64,000 nucleotides of DNA from Haliotis rufescens. Taxonomy: Eukaryota. Below, piece after piece: positions 13,182 through 26,710 of this stretch. The stretch spans positions 5,704,001 through 5,768,000 of the forward strand of contig NW_025964334.1 in the NCBI RefSeq assembly GCF_023055435.1. The letters are read 5' to 3'. How positions within the stretch are numbered: position 1 is the stretch's first letter; every line of letters starts with the position of its first letter. The translations under genes were made by a program, and so were the position numbers. The notes under the pieces are model-generated. The model was not told where the DNA came from. It made no database searches and saw only the letters and a program-made list of their open reading frames with translations.

Positions 13182-13687
13182 CAGAGCTCCAGATAAGCTT
13201 TTGGTGTTGTGGGTATTTTACCCATGCATTTTAAAATCATTGGGTATCAGTAATTCTATCTGCGTATTCAAATTTCTGTTACCCACTAGTTTTTACACAT
13301 GTGGGTATTTAAGTTAAATATTTAAAAACACTATTCATCTAGTCCCTGCAAACTGGTGTCGTGTGGGTTCGAGAGCTTTATAGGACTCAAAAATACCACG
13401 ATACTTCCACACGAAAGTGTGATGGCAAATGATCATGATGTAACTGTCATCGTGGAGTTTGGCAAGGTTGACGGAATGCCCGTTTATAATTTCCAAATAA
13501 GTTGCTGATTTGCTAGTCAAATACGCAGGGTTACTTCACAATATTTTGATGATACGCACAAATTTTATTTTTGTAGCGTATCTGTAATGTTCGTTGCGTA
13601 TTTGATACGCTTGGATTATATTTTACTGCGTATTTCTGCATTTCTGATGCGTATTTCACGCAGATACGCAGCTTATCTGGAGCTCTG
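13182..13687. mobile_element. 506-bp MITE with perfect 17-bp TIR and 5-bp TSD
   Basis: cagagctccagataagc / gcttatctggagctctg, gttga on both sides, subterminal tgcgta/gggta repeats. Confidence 0.9.
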
Positions 13688-13781
13688 GTTGAACAGGATA
13701 GCCCTTGCTGCAAAGCATCAACTGGAACAAGCTGCAGATAAGAACCTGAGAATAATGGTCCTTGTAATTCCGGACACTTAC

Positions 13782-13904
13782 CTCGCCAAAAGCGCCTCTG
13801 CCGATGACCTTGAGGGGTTCAAAGTCATCCACACCAAGGCGAGATCGCTTGAGTCGAAGAAACTCGGTTTCTTTGGTGGCATGTTGTTGTCGTCGCTCCG
13901 ATTT
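13782..13904 (-). CDS. STK38: NDR kinase 123-nt coding exon (end of N-terminal region, kinase subdomain I)
   Basis: cttgtttttcag|AAA...GAG|gtaagt encodes [41 protein letters not shown], containing the NDR signature [10 protein letters not shown] and the glycine loop GRGAFG. Confidence 0.97.
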
Positions 13905-15405
13905 CTGAAAAACAAGATACTTTTATCATTCAGGAAACTTAACTGTTTTCAACTTCTCTCAATGCAGGAAATAATTCCTCTTCTTCTGAAAAATATTTTC
14001 AAATGCCATATACCAAACGTTTATTTTAAGATCATCAATATTATCTAAGGCAACAAGTTACCAATTCGGAAAATATTAAATGTAACTGCATAGATCCCCA
14101 GCTTGTTTATATGTGAATTGATTATGTATACTTTTCTGCATATCAATATATAACGTATTGTGCCAAATATATATTCCATGTACTGCTCATCTCCTGTCCT
14201 GTGAGGACGTTCTGTACATAAAACGTCTAATGGAATTAATAGATAGGACAATATCTAAAAACTTCCAGAAATCCACTTTGTTCACACAAAAGAGAAGTTT
14301 AGAAGGTTGGAAGATTTGGTATATGTACAAAATAACCTTTCAAATGGCTGGTTTGAAACAAAGCGTCATCACCCCTATTTGTCAGTTGTTGTGGTTGTAA
14401 GTTCAATATGCAAGACGACAACACGTCTCTTTGTTAGCTTATGTCTGTTATGCTAACATGCTATTTCAGGCTGTTTCACTTAAGTGGCAGTTAAAAACAA
14501 AAAAATATTCAAAAAAATCAATATTTCATTTCAGTGCTCATGAACAGCCTCAAATGTAACAGTTCCTTTTCCTCTTGTAGCATTAGCTTCTATAAATGTT
14601 CGGCCGTCCACACACACCATTGATTAATAAATTCTAAACAAATGTTTAGGCCCAGGATGCAAGTACATCATCTACCACTCATTACAATGCTATAAATAAT
14701 GTTTCATTCGAAAAACTATTCTCAATGATGAAGTGGAAGTAGTAGCAAAAATTTGACACAAAGGGATTTTGTGACATTCATATGAAAATTGCTCAGTAAA
14801 TATGTACTAATTACTTTGAAATGAACTAAACATATACATAACTTATTAACTTTTAAGACGACATCCAACCTAATGGTGGTGGTAATTGGATGATATCTAC
14901 TAAAACAACAGCATGACTCAATGTAATACCAGTTCAGCTGAATCATGCTACATATTTTTTGTTGGTTTTCTCTTCAATGCAACAATTACGTTGTCAACAT
15001 TTCCGTATGTGCGTGTGAATTACAGATAAAACAGAATTATGTGCGTGAGTGCGTATGCATGTGTGTGTGACTGCGGACCTCGAAGGATCCTTAGGGAAAT
15101 AGAAACTATTGACAAATTGATTTAGGCTTGAAATCTATGAATACCACGAGAACCAAGTCCTAGTCCCAAGTTTCATATTTACCTAACCTGTTTTCAGACA
15201 TTATATTCACCAGCCAAACCAGTTTATTTTCCTTAACTTGAGGTCCATTTTTCTGGCTTAGCTAACGAGTAACCAAACAATGTACCACAATTTTATTCAC
15301 CAGATTGTCTGATCCAAACATGCTTTTTTACAGATTGTCGTTATATAGCTAGAATATTGCAACAAGCAAATAAAATTTATACTGACATGTCCAGGTCACA
15401 GCAAG

Positions 15406-15834
15406 CAGTGGTAAATATCAACGGGGGTGCTGGGGTCCCAGAGGTTTTCTTGGGTATTTGAATTCAGTGACCCCCATATCTTTAACGTATAACATTACTG
15501 TATGATCACGACAAGGACCCTTTGACTTTCAAACTTTATTTCAAACACTTGAAAGGAGCTGACAAGTATTTATAGTTCCATAAAATTCAAAAAGAAATAT
15601 CTTTTTTCAGCAATACGGCTTGAATCTTGAGAAACATTAGAAAGGAAGGAAATGCACCTTGTGGTCTCAGATAGAAGTTGCATTTTCAAATTAGTGTCAG
15701 TGTTTGAAATTAGGGGGACTCTGGGGTCTGTTTGAATCACGAGACCCCTAAATCTTTAACATTTTAAATTATGATGACGACAGACCCTTGACTTGTAGTG
15801 CTTCTAGAATTTGAGGCGATGTTTTTTCAAACTG
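15406..15834. mobile_element. Two related MITEs of about 140 bp (15406-15550, 15698-15834) with CAGTG ends
   Basis: Shared ctggggtc..gacccc..atctttaac..gaccc.ttgactt core; first copy flanked by gcaag/gaaag. Confidence 0.6.
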
Positions 15835-16006
15835 ATGGCTTCTCAAAACTGACATATGGTTCTATCCGGAAGGAAACAGTACAAACAACATTTCAGTGAC
15901 CGAATGAGTGAGTGAGTGAGTGAGTGAATGTGCAGTCATCAATATCCTGGCCCTAAATAATCCAGCCTGGGTCAACACACTCACTCACTCACTCACAGAG
16001 TCCTTA

Positions 16007-16322
16007 TGTAACGGGGGTGTTCAAAAATATCACTCGTCATTGCATGTATAGTTACTGTGACTTATAACACATCCTTCAATGTATTTGTTAAAAACATGAG
16101 TTCAATCTACTTCTATGTTGTCATCGATGTGACGATGTGAATGAACATAAAATAATATGACTGCATGTGAATGTGATGTGCCCTTACATCTTTATGTCTG
16201 TGTATATTTACATACATATATATATATTTGAAGTATATGTTTCAGGGCGTTTGTTCTGACCGACAAATCCTCTTCACATTCAACGACCAGTGTTATTTAT
16301 TAACGTTACACCCCCTGTTACA
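16007..16322. mobile_element. MITE with TGT..ACA ends (Ginger-like)
   Basis: TIR tgtaacgggggtgt / acaccccctgttaca; flanks ctta/cttg. Confidence 0.5.
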
Positions 16323-16679
16323 CTTGTTATGATCACATATAGAAAAAAACCTTTAATAGGGGCAAGTTTCGACTAGGCCTTAGGTTATCTTAACTATTGG
16401 GCAGTTTTGCAAGGACTATATGAAGAGTGCCAATTTCTAACGCTGATATACAGGTCACACCTTCAACCACCTCTCTTCAAAAGTCTATGCAAAGCACTTC
16501 TGAGAGTGGTTGCTCAATCTTGTCTCTTGACATTATTACCAGCAGATATTAGTGTTCAGATATGGACTACTATGAGCTGAACGTACTAGAACCAATCATA
16601 AAAACTTCTATGAGAGTAATTTTTATATCAGGCTAGCGGCTGAAAACTGCAACTGTGCTGGGGTATGAAGCTTCGCTAA

Positions 16680-17502
16680 AGGGCCAGTACATCGACGGTT
16701 CTGGGTGTTATTAAGTCATGCATGAAATAATTTCCGAGTGTGACGTCACGCCTTTACTTCATGCAAGATTCGAAACTCAAACCAAAACAATACAGCTCTG
16801 CACAGGGAAAGCCGACAACCCAAGTGTTGCACAGAATAAATGTCTTCCGTCATGTTTTTGAAGAGAAAGCTTGTGTGCTTTTCTCATGGATGAGTTACAA
16901 AATACTATTTGTCAGCTTGACTGGATAAGAAGCCAGTGTTTGTCAAAGCCTAGATTACAATATAAATGCCTCAGTCTCATGAAGCCAATCACTCTCCTAC
17001 CCGGAGTTCCTTGCGGCCAGTTCATCTTCACATCTTACACAGTCTATTCAAGATACTGCTTTTGTTTTTAATCTTTTCATTTAAAGAGTCTATACAAATG
17101 TCATGAAATGTTTAACTTTCATTGTGAAACATCCTTAACGAGGAAATCAATTTCCATGTGCGTATTTTCCTCCATTTGCTGGCATAAAAGTCCCTCAGAG
17201 AGGCAGCGATACGGTCACTTTGATGTGTAAAGCTATATTGTCATGCACCTCACGGTCACAGTTGGAGTAGCAGGCAAAGTGCACCGAAAAGATTGCATTA
17301 GCCCCTTCGGCTCTTATTTCAGAATACTGGTTTGTTTACAAACAAGAGAAAAGTCCAGTCACGTGATAAGCCTACACTCGTGGTGTGGTCACTGGAGCTG
17401 AAACTTCTCTCGGGGAATAAGGCGGGTGAAGCCAGGTAAACTCGGGAGGTCATCAGCTATTGTTTGCAAACAATGCCTCAGAACAGTCGACATACTGGCC
17501 CT
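16680..17502. mobile_element. Non-autonomous Kolobok-like transposon
   Basis: About 27-bp TIR agggccagta..tcgac.gttctg, flanks ctaa/ttaa. A diverged internal homologue lies near 28066-28460. Confidence 0.7.
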
Positions 17503-18589
17503 TTAAAGTACACTTCAAGATTACACATACATCATGAGTGAATGCTGTCTCTTCAGAGATACCACTGCAGTTGCATAATGCCTGACTTCCACAGACAAGA
17601 AATGCAAACATGAAAGTTGTATTTTGTCCACACATGCACACTTCAGAGACAATCTTTGAACATATACAGTTTTGAAACAGTGTCAAGTCAAGTCAAGTCA
17701 AGTCAAGCCAAGTCACTGGATGTATAAAGTTGAGCTAAAAGTGTAATGTCAATTTGATATTCATAATGCCATTTCCTCCTGTGGTTTCAGCCATAAGTAA
17801 TACAAACAAATATCTCCATTTTGCTGAAATAAAAACAGAATTGAAATCAGAGTGCATCTGTATTGATCTACTGTATTTGAAATTGGCACTCATCCTTTTG
17901 TCCTTGCCAAACTGCCCAATAGTTAAGGTATCCTAGGGACTAGTAGAAATTTCACATTATTTCCCATATGTTATCATTATAAGGACTAGTGGAGTAAAAC
18001 TGTTAGATTCTCTTGCAGCAATCAGAAATATGGATAAACATATTATACATGCTAGAAAATAGTCTGGCATTCCTATCATTAACTAACAGCAATGTGTGGT
18101 AAACTTAACGAGGCAGTTTCAACTATATAGGCAAGGCAGGACTCTAACTTCAATTATTCCATTATGACCACTTTCGAAACATTCTTTGTCTCAATTTACA
18201 CCATTTGGGTTCAACAATGTCTGCTATTTAGCCTATACCCACTCCATTGAGATCACAAAACAGTCAAGACCTCCAAGTAAATGAGGTATTTCAGGTGGTT
18301 AAGGAGCTGATGGATTTATTCCTGTCGTGTCTTCTTGCCATTCCTGTGCTAATGTCCAGTCTAATTACACACCATACAATCTGTGCTGGTCCATGACGGG
18401 TTTCCAAATAGACAGTAATTACTAATATTTACATAAGGAAATACACGACAGACTTGGAACACAGCCATGTGTCACCAATGGAGATGGGTTTTCCCCGTGA
18501 GATGTTCATACGACGTGTGCAAATGCAAGGACATTGCAAACAATGCCTCAGAACAGCCGACATACTGGCCCTTCAAAGTACACTTCAAC

Positions 18590-18998
18590 TAGAGCTGAGT
18601 ATCGCCTAGTGTCTTGCGATACGAATCGTATCACGATACGGACTGATGATACTACTGGTATTACGATACACATCAAATAGTGAAAAATGATGAAATAACT
18701 GAAATACAGATATAAAACCTCTTTCTTCAAACATTTATTGTTATTTCAAAAACTTTAACAGAGAAAAACACAAAAACAAAACAGTTTTAAATGAAGGATT
18801 AGTTATTAACGTAACAGTTAGTCGGCATGTCCTCAACCACCAAATCCTTGTGCACAGACATGCCTACAGGTGGCGCTATGCTACTTCTGCCATTAAGTGA
18901 GGTAACTCTAATAGTTCCTGTTCTATATAGTGTATCGCAATCTAATAAAATGACGAGTATCGGGCCTACCTAAATATCAGTGAATGGTTACAACCCTA
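18590..18998. mobile_element. hAT-like MITE
   Basis: TAG..CTA ends, cgatac repeats, TSD acttcaac/acttcaag, empty-site paralogue near 17512. Confidence 0.8.
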
Positions 18999-19097
18999 AC
19001 TTCAAGTATACACATACAAGAGGCATTGTTTTCTCAAATGCAGCGGTAGAAACTAACAGTAACAGTTTTAGTCCACAAGTACACTGATATGTAAGGA

Positions 19098-19200
19098 GTG
19101 AGTGAGTATGGTTGCACACATTGTACCCATGTCAGGAATCGAACCCAGGTATTCTGCGTGACGAGCGAACGCTTTAACCACTGTGCTACCCGACCGCCCC
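19098..19200 (-). mobile_element. SINE family A, internally deleted
   Basis: Perfect 13-bp TSD tgatatgtaagga. Confidence 0.9.
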
Positions 19201-19419
19201 TGATATGTAAGGACATCTCACATGTTGAAGAGAGAGGGAAAAGGTGCAGACCCCATGAGATTTATCCATTTAGTTCAAAGCTTATTTCTGATTAGTACAT
19301 TTCTGCAATTTGGTGGTAATGATTACCCTTGCAGACATATACATAATGTCCTTAACATTTATTTTCATGAGTGAGTCTGCAGACATGATGCAGCAAGCCC
19401 TGTCAGGATATTTTTCTTT

Positions 19420-19706
19420 AGTGAGTGAGTGAGTGAGTGAGTGAGTGAGTGAGGTTTAACGCCACTTATACTAGTTTTAACAGTACTCCAGTAATATCAC
19501 AGCGTGTCAGCTTAATGAAGATGGAAAGCCCGTCTCGGACGTTTACCACTTTGGTGAAACCCACAAGCATGGGTATGGTGCTGACAAATCTAGAAACATA
19601 ATCGGGGCAGACCCGGGATTCGAACCCACAATCATAGATTTCTGGCGCGTCCAAGGGACGCAACTCTGCAGAGCAAACTGCAACACCTTAAGACGACTGG
19701 CCCCCC
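19420..19706 (-). mobile_element. SINE family C
   Basis: Homologous to 39363-39643; a further partial copy lies at 19925-20078. Confidence 0.85.
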
Positions 19707-21440
19707 TGGGAAGCAAAGAAGTACATCACATGTACATGTTTCATTGTTACTTATCTCCTGTATTAAACAACTAAACTCACATTACAAACATGTGCTAATT
19801 ACCATGCAAATAATATTAAAATAATCACTTCCAGTTAATCACCTAGTCAATCTATTTACGAGCCCCTTTGACCAGTATTCTAGTTGTATCACAGTAAATC
19901 AGCTTGATGTAGGTCTATTACAACTGGTGAAACCCACAAGCATGGGTATGGTGCTGATAAACAGAAACAATCAGGGCGAACCGGAAATCAAACCCACGAT
20001 CACAGGTTTCTGGCATGTCCAGGGGATGTAACTCTGCACAGCGAATTGCAGTGCCTTAGACGACTGGGACACCCATTCCCCATACCTCTTTGTGAAGTCA
20101 CGTGTCTGTGTAATAAAGACAGTTTACCTGCCAGATATGCCACACTCCTATTGTGACCCTGAACACAAGAGGTCAGATATACGGCTGTTTACAAAATCTC
20201 CCCAATACAAAATAGACCACAAAGGGATAAAAATATCTATGTTGGCGACACAGGGCTATTGTTATCATCCCTATCACACCGGTCTCTGCGCTTTCAGATT
20301 ATCTGATTGTGTAGCTCAGCGACAGGGTCAAAGTTGACTGACATCAAGATGAAAGTAAACCTATGGATTCATAACGGAGATATCGAGGGGCTTAAAATAC
20401 ACTTCTTCAACTGCTGTCATTTCAGAATTGTAGTGTTTTTGGCCCCAAGGCCCTGTTCCACAAAGGAATCTTAGCGCGACGGCCGATGTTGAGTATGGGA
20501 GTTATAAACACCTCAGAGCTAAGATTGCTTTGAGGAATTGGACCCAGATCAATGACATGGTGTTCACAAATAACAGAATAGTCCCACGCCATGACTCTGG
20601 AATTGATATTTTTTAGGCTTTTTTTTCTTCTAAAAGCCTAGGCAAGTCTAGATCAAACTAACCAAGTCTAGTTTGCTTGATTTTAAACAGCAGAAGAGAA
20701 AGGTTCTTTGGAAGAAAAATATACATAATTATTTTAAAGACATGTTTTCATTGACTAAGTGTTAGTCCATGATAACAGAACTACAATACCTGATGCCCCC
20801 TCTGTCACTAGATAAGATGCTATACTGATAACCCTATCAGTAAATGTAATTCAATAGTGAACCCACTGTCAGCATGCTCATACAGGCAAACAAAATTTGT
20901 TTCATGACAATAATTTGACATACCATAGAATACAACTATTAGAGGCGAAATGTGCAGGAAGACGTGGATTTGTGTCTAAACAGATTATTTTTATACATTT
21001 TAATTCATAAAATTCATATTGTTAATGTCACATCTGAGTGAAACATTAAAACATTCACTAGAATCACAGACATGCAGACTGTGCCAATTACTTTCTAGTG
21101 AGTGAGTTTGATAATTATGGACCTTTAGAACATTTTTTTATATTTTTAGAATTTCCCTTGTGATTTGTCATAATTTGTTGTGTTCTGAAGTTTATTACAT
21201 ACATTTTCAACAGGTTTTAATTATTGCGTATTATATATTATAGATTCAAAATTTATTCACTATTTCCCGCAATGTTATTAAAAACAATATTCTAGGACAC
21301 AAGCTTCGACAACAGGTCCATATCGAATGTGCAAAACAAAGACATTTTGCGTTAGACCTTAGGATTAGACCTTTCAAATGGTGTATAACATGTAGTCGCA
21401 AAGTTGTTTGACAAGCAGGTATGTTCCTTGATAAATGTAG

Positions 21441-21714
21441 TGAGTGAGTTGAGTTTAACACCGCTTTTAACATTATTCAAGTTATATCACGGCGTGTCAG
21501 CTTTATGTGGGAGGAAAACCTGAAGTGATGCAGGTCTCAGGCGTTTACCACTTTGGTGAAACCCACAAGCACGGGTATGGTGCTGACAAACCTAGAAACA
21601 TAATCGGGGGAACCAGGATTCAAACCCACAATCATAGGTTTCTGGCGTGCCCAAGGGACGCAAATCTGCACAGCGAAACGCAGCACCTCAAGACGACTAG
21701 CCACCCGTGCCCCC
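21441..21714 (-). mobile_element. SINE family C, full length
   Basis: TSD ttgataaatgtag/ttgatgaatgtag, tRNA-Leu-like head, (TCAC)n tail. Confidence 0.9.
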
Positions 21715-22401
21715 TTGATGAATGTAGGTTTCATCTATCACACAAGAGTCTCTGGGAACTTGGTCTCCCAGCAGTAACAGCGTCTGGCTGAATGGTGTTG
21801 AAAGAGTTCAATGCCCACAACATATTGACCAGCACTTAACGCACAGCACTATTATCAGCACGACATCAATCTCTTGTTCTACAAAGGAAAATGTGTTCAC
21901 ACTTGGCAAATTATCGTTTACAATCATGTGGTTGCCTGATTTTGTGCACACAAGCAAGAAGTAGTTGTTTACCCTGCTGCCTGGACTTGCAAACACAGCT
22001 TGTGCTGTGTACTCTGCAGATTACCCCCATCAAACACAGTGTTTAAGGTGACCATCGACCATGCACAAAGTAACAATGTGATGCCAAGGTATTGAGCAAC
22101 TTGGTATGGGGATACCTGCAATTAATGGCATCCAGAAATGACCATTTCAGACAAAAAGATGGATTCACAGTTGTTTCTGTTTTTGAGGACACAAATTCAG
22201 AGCCCAACACACATTTTGCAGGGTTTGCATATTTTTTTGTTTGTGAGTTGGGTTATCGCCACATTTAGCAATGTTCCAGCTAGATCAGGGCAGGGGACAC
22301 TTAAGCTGGGCCTCTCACATTGCACCCATGTCAGGAATCGAACCTGGTGCTTTGGAGTGACGAGCAAACGCTTTAACCACTCCCCTTCCAGATCAGAATA
22401 A

Positions 22402-22758
22402 ATAGGTGAGGTGAAATGGGGTTTAACGTCGTGTCCAAGATTATTGCACTTATATAGCGACGTGCATGCATGTGTATGTGTGTGTGTGGCTCCTTGTACC
22501 AGTCCGGACTGATGCCGATTTATAGTGCTAGCACACTGAGATACCATGCCGCAGTTTAACATGAATACCCCACTCAGACACAGTATACTGACTCCGAGCC
22601 AACCAGTCCTTGTTTTAGCCCCTTAATGCCGAGCGCCAGACAGGGTAACAACAAGTACCATCTTTTAACGTCTCTTGGTATGATGCGGCTGGGGATCGAA
22701 CCCTGGACCTTCCGCTCTCAGGGCGGATGCTCTACCATAAGACCACGGTGGTGGTCTC
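22402..22758 (-). mobile_element. SINE family D (tRNA head plus Meta/MESC-like central domain)
   Basis: B box ggttcgatccc; central tcataccaa.agacgttaaaagatggtacttgttg..ggactggttggctcggagtcag; TSD atcagaataa. An adjacent family A variant lies at 22243-22388. Confidence 0.85.
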
Positions 22759-23761
22759 ATCAGAATAAGACCAGTGTTACAAAACACATCATGGGTCAAA
22801 CTGCAACTGAGCTAGTCAACTACAAAACATCAAAAAGTTTTGGTAATTTCACATTTCCCACTTGCACCTTGATTGTGAAATTACTGAGCCTGACGTTTAC
22901 TGCCTGCCATGTGGCTGGAGAGGGTCAGCAGAGTTATGGAGCCCTGCTTTCGCTCACAGTGTCCATTGTGAACAAAGACAATTAACACTAATCAGACACT
23001 TCACCTACACAACTGAGATCATCTGGCTATTCTCAGAGGCCGATATTCCACTGTTATTGTCTATGATTTCCAAACTGGAAAGGAACATTCACAATTTAGG
23101 TTATCATAATTCAAGGATATGTTTTAGTTTTTCAAGAGTGACTTTTATTCACTGATAGAAGAACCAACAAAGCGAAAAGGACTTAGACAATACACATAGT
23201 TTTCACAAATTGCATTGTGCAATTCTAAATTACTTTTAAATTTGAGAAAAAATAAAGAATGTCAGTCAAAAAACAAAAGACAATATTTTCCCCAAACTGC
23301 CTGCCAAGGACACTTGATAAATCCTTGCACAAGGAAACTTCAACTTGTTGTCACATTTTTAATGATTTGATAGGGCCTTGCACAATAACAATTTAACAAA
23401 TGGAAGAAGTGAACGTGGCAAGTAACAAAAGCAGTTCCTGCACTAAGATGGTTTCAGGGCAAGTACACATCAATTAGATCTTGATACATACCTGTCCAAT
23501 AAAAGCAAGGCTAAGGATGCGTTACTGTGAGTCATTAAAATGCGCCTCACCATATCCTGTACTGAAATTTCTCATTTCCATGAATAACATCACATCAAGT
23601 TTAAAAACCTCAATCAACTATCATGGTTATCAGGATACAAAAATTCATCCATATTGCCAGAAATACTGGGAAACCCATATTTACACAATTCTTCCTGACA
23701 GGTGCCCCTGCCCAGAGAATGTGGGCTGCCTAGTAACCAGGAGTTTATGCAACCTGTATCA

Positions 23762-24454
23762 GGTAATTAAGGAGGCTTGTGTAAACCCTGGATGACAATT
23801 ATTTGCTGATAAAGGCTTATCTCTGGTCAGAGTTAACACATCGTGACAGTCAATTTGTGTAGGTCAGATTTAGGCCTTGCACACATGTTGAAGACTGTAA
23901 ACTTAGGTAGGGTGAAACCCATTTGTGAGAAGCGGTGAACGAACACGCGAATTAATGAGCAGAAATAACAAAGGCGCTGTTATTTAAGTTCATACATGAT
24001 GCCTGGCTGCAGCATTAGAAATTGGCACTAGTCCTGTAGTCCTTGCCAAATTGACCAATAGTCAAGGCACCATAAGGACTTGTGGACTAAAATTGCTAGT
24101 TTCTAATGCTGGTAATTAACAAGGCTTGTGTAAACCCTGGATGACAATTATTTGCTGATAAAAGCTTATCTCTGGTCAGAGTTAACACATCAAGACAGCC
24201 AATTTGTGTAGGTCAGATTTAGGTCTTCCACACATGTTGAAGACAATGAACTTAGGTTGGGTGAAACCTTCTGTAGTCCTTGCTGTTATTTAAGTTCATA
24301 CTTGATGCCTGGCTGCAGCGTTAGATATTGGCACTAGTCCTGTAGTCCTTGCCAAACTGACCAATAGTCAAGGCATCATAAGGCCATTTTTAAGGGTTTT
24401 GCTATATGTTATCATTATAGACTAGTGGACTAAAGCCATTTGTTTCTATCGCTG
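23762..24454. repeat. About 350-bp tandem duplication, each unit ending in a family E MITE (24010-24111, 24316-24454)
   Basis: Units start ggtaattaa..aggcttgtgtaaaccctgg at 23762 and 24111. Confidence 0.9.
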
Positions 24455-25169
24455 GCGCTGCTAGTTGTCAAAAAATAAACGGGACTCATGGAAAAATTGC
24501 TCTTTTTTTCACTTCAGCAAAAAATGACAACAACAAAAAAGGAAAAAGTACGCCTTCTTGTCTAAAAGATAATTTCAGCAACAGTTGAAATGGGCCTGAA
24601 ATGTAATTACTAGCCTCAATAGTAGACATCCCATGAAAAGCCTACACTTCCACTGATGGACAAAATTGCTCAGGATAGCCGGCCAGTTTGAATTTCCATC
24701 CCTGTTGACATGGGTCAGATAATATCGGGCAAGTCAGTCTCTAGTATCTTCCCTGCACACATTCCATGATACAAGAGACTGAAACTACAAGGGCACAAGG
24801 AAAATCAGACTAGTGCCTGTTTTTCCGAAAGTGTCTATTTTTCGAATTTACATGTACAGTATTCTGGTCTTCTTGCAATAGTAACACCTGTTCAAACGCA
24901 AAACTGTTAACCTTGAAAACTGAATTGATATAGGAGTTTTCTCTGCTTGCTGCAAGCTGTATGTGTGGCAGGTGTTACAGATCTTTGTTTTTATTCAACG
25001 CTTTTGTGCGATCACAATGACATTGCATTACACTCTGCATACTTCAGTATTTACTTGAAACAATGAAATATGGGTTGTATCCAAACTTCCAAATTTACAT
25101 CAAATAAGCAATTTTGGAATACCAAAATGTCTTTGGTGAATCAAACTCAACACTAAGCTTGTTCACATG

Positions 25170-25586
25170 TAGAGGTTAACGATACGGTCGGGTTGCGATA
25201 TGATACGTATCCAAAGACTATGGGTGCGATACGATTCGTATCCCGATACAGTACTTTTATTTCACAAGTTGACATTCTTTCTTTTTTTGCAAGTGAATCA
25301 CAACCCTAAATCATATGTTATTAAATTTCAGAGAACAAAGATAAGATATTGTAAGGCAGAAACATATTGGCCAGAGGGCGCTGCGAAAGTACGGATGTTC
25401 ATGTCAAACCGGAATCTGTGTAAGATGATAGTTGAACAGTTCTGATATTATTCATAAGTTCTTACACAAACATAACTTGTAATGAAATGTATCATATGTA
25501 TTGTGATACTGGGGTTGTAATCAATGTATTGTATCGTGGGCCTTGTACCGCGATACAATAATGTATCGCCGTATCACTTACCACTA
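25170..25586. mobile_element. hAT-like MITE
   Basis: TAG..CTA ends, cgatac/gtatcg repeats, TSD ttcacatg/tttacgtg. Confidence 0.7.
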
Positions 25587-26363
25587 TTTACGTGTACATC
25601 ACTTTCCATTTCTTTGTCACATATATTTGTGGTTCATGTCACAAACAAAAGATTTTGTTGTGAAACAAACATGATTTCAAAGTGTGCCAGGCAAGGAGAA
25701 CTTAATATAATAGTGCCAACATAACCATGCAATCAGCACTAAATTTGGCAAACGATATCCAATTTCTACACCTCAAATGTACTTCACCCCTTTCAGACAA
25801 GAACAAATACATAACACCACTGCAGGAAACAGATTTATTTCAGCCATATAGCAATGAGAAAAAATTTGAAAAGGCACTGAATACTTATGACACAGTCCCT
25901 GAGAGCAAACAATGAGACTGGAGACTCACCTCATTTCCTGATAATACCACACGACAGTGAAGCCACAACCTGCTGCATATCCTACACACATACCACTACA
26001 CTGGGAGACAATAGAGCTGTAATCAATATCTAAACAAGATGGCCAACATACAAATTTCATGGCTTGCATTATTGGAATTGGGGTTTCAAATATTGATGTT
26101 AAAATTCCTGTGACTCAGAAAAGCCAGCATATAATTGTACAGTATAGGTCTTCATTGGTTGTGAAATATCCTAAACTGAAAAATACCAGCCATATGTAAA
26201 CCCAGGCAAATTAAGGAATTACTTCCACCGGTCATCGTATGTGCCTCACACATGCCTATATTTATTAGCACAAGTGCTTAATAACAACTAATGCGATGTG
26301 TTGTGTACATACTGAGAGATGGCAACCAACGAATATTTGCACCTCACTCAGCAAGAGAGTGAA

Positions 26364-26519
26364 CAGCGGTAGAAACTAACATGTCTAGTCCACTAGTCCT
26401 CATAATGATAACATACAGCAAAACCCTTAGAAATGGCAAATTACTACCAATCCTTATGATACCTTAACTATTGGGCAGTTTGGCAAGGACTACAGGACTA
26501 GTGCCAATTTCTGATGCTG
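26364..26519. mobile_element. MITE family E
   Basis: Full length; flanks gtgaa/gcaaa are both derivable from gcgaa by CpG decay. Confidence 0.85.
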
Positions 26520-26710
26520 GCAAAGGTCTTGTCATCTTGGTGTTCCACTTCTAGGATGAAAAAAACTTAAACTCATACATATTTGATTTCATATTTTACT
26601 TTTTAAATCATCAGGGATTTATCTGGACCTGCTTAGAGGCCAATATTTGGCCCCAAGTCTGCAGCAAATGTCAGAATATAAATTACATGTCCCAATTCAT
26701 GTCAATAAGT

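Noticed and set aside
13587-14048. 153-aa plus-strand ORF (also 40436-40864)
   Set aside because: Antisense shadow of STK38 exons running through MITE or tandem-repeat sequence.
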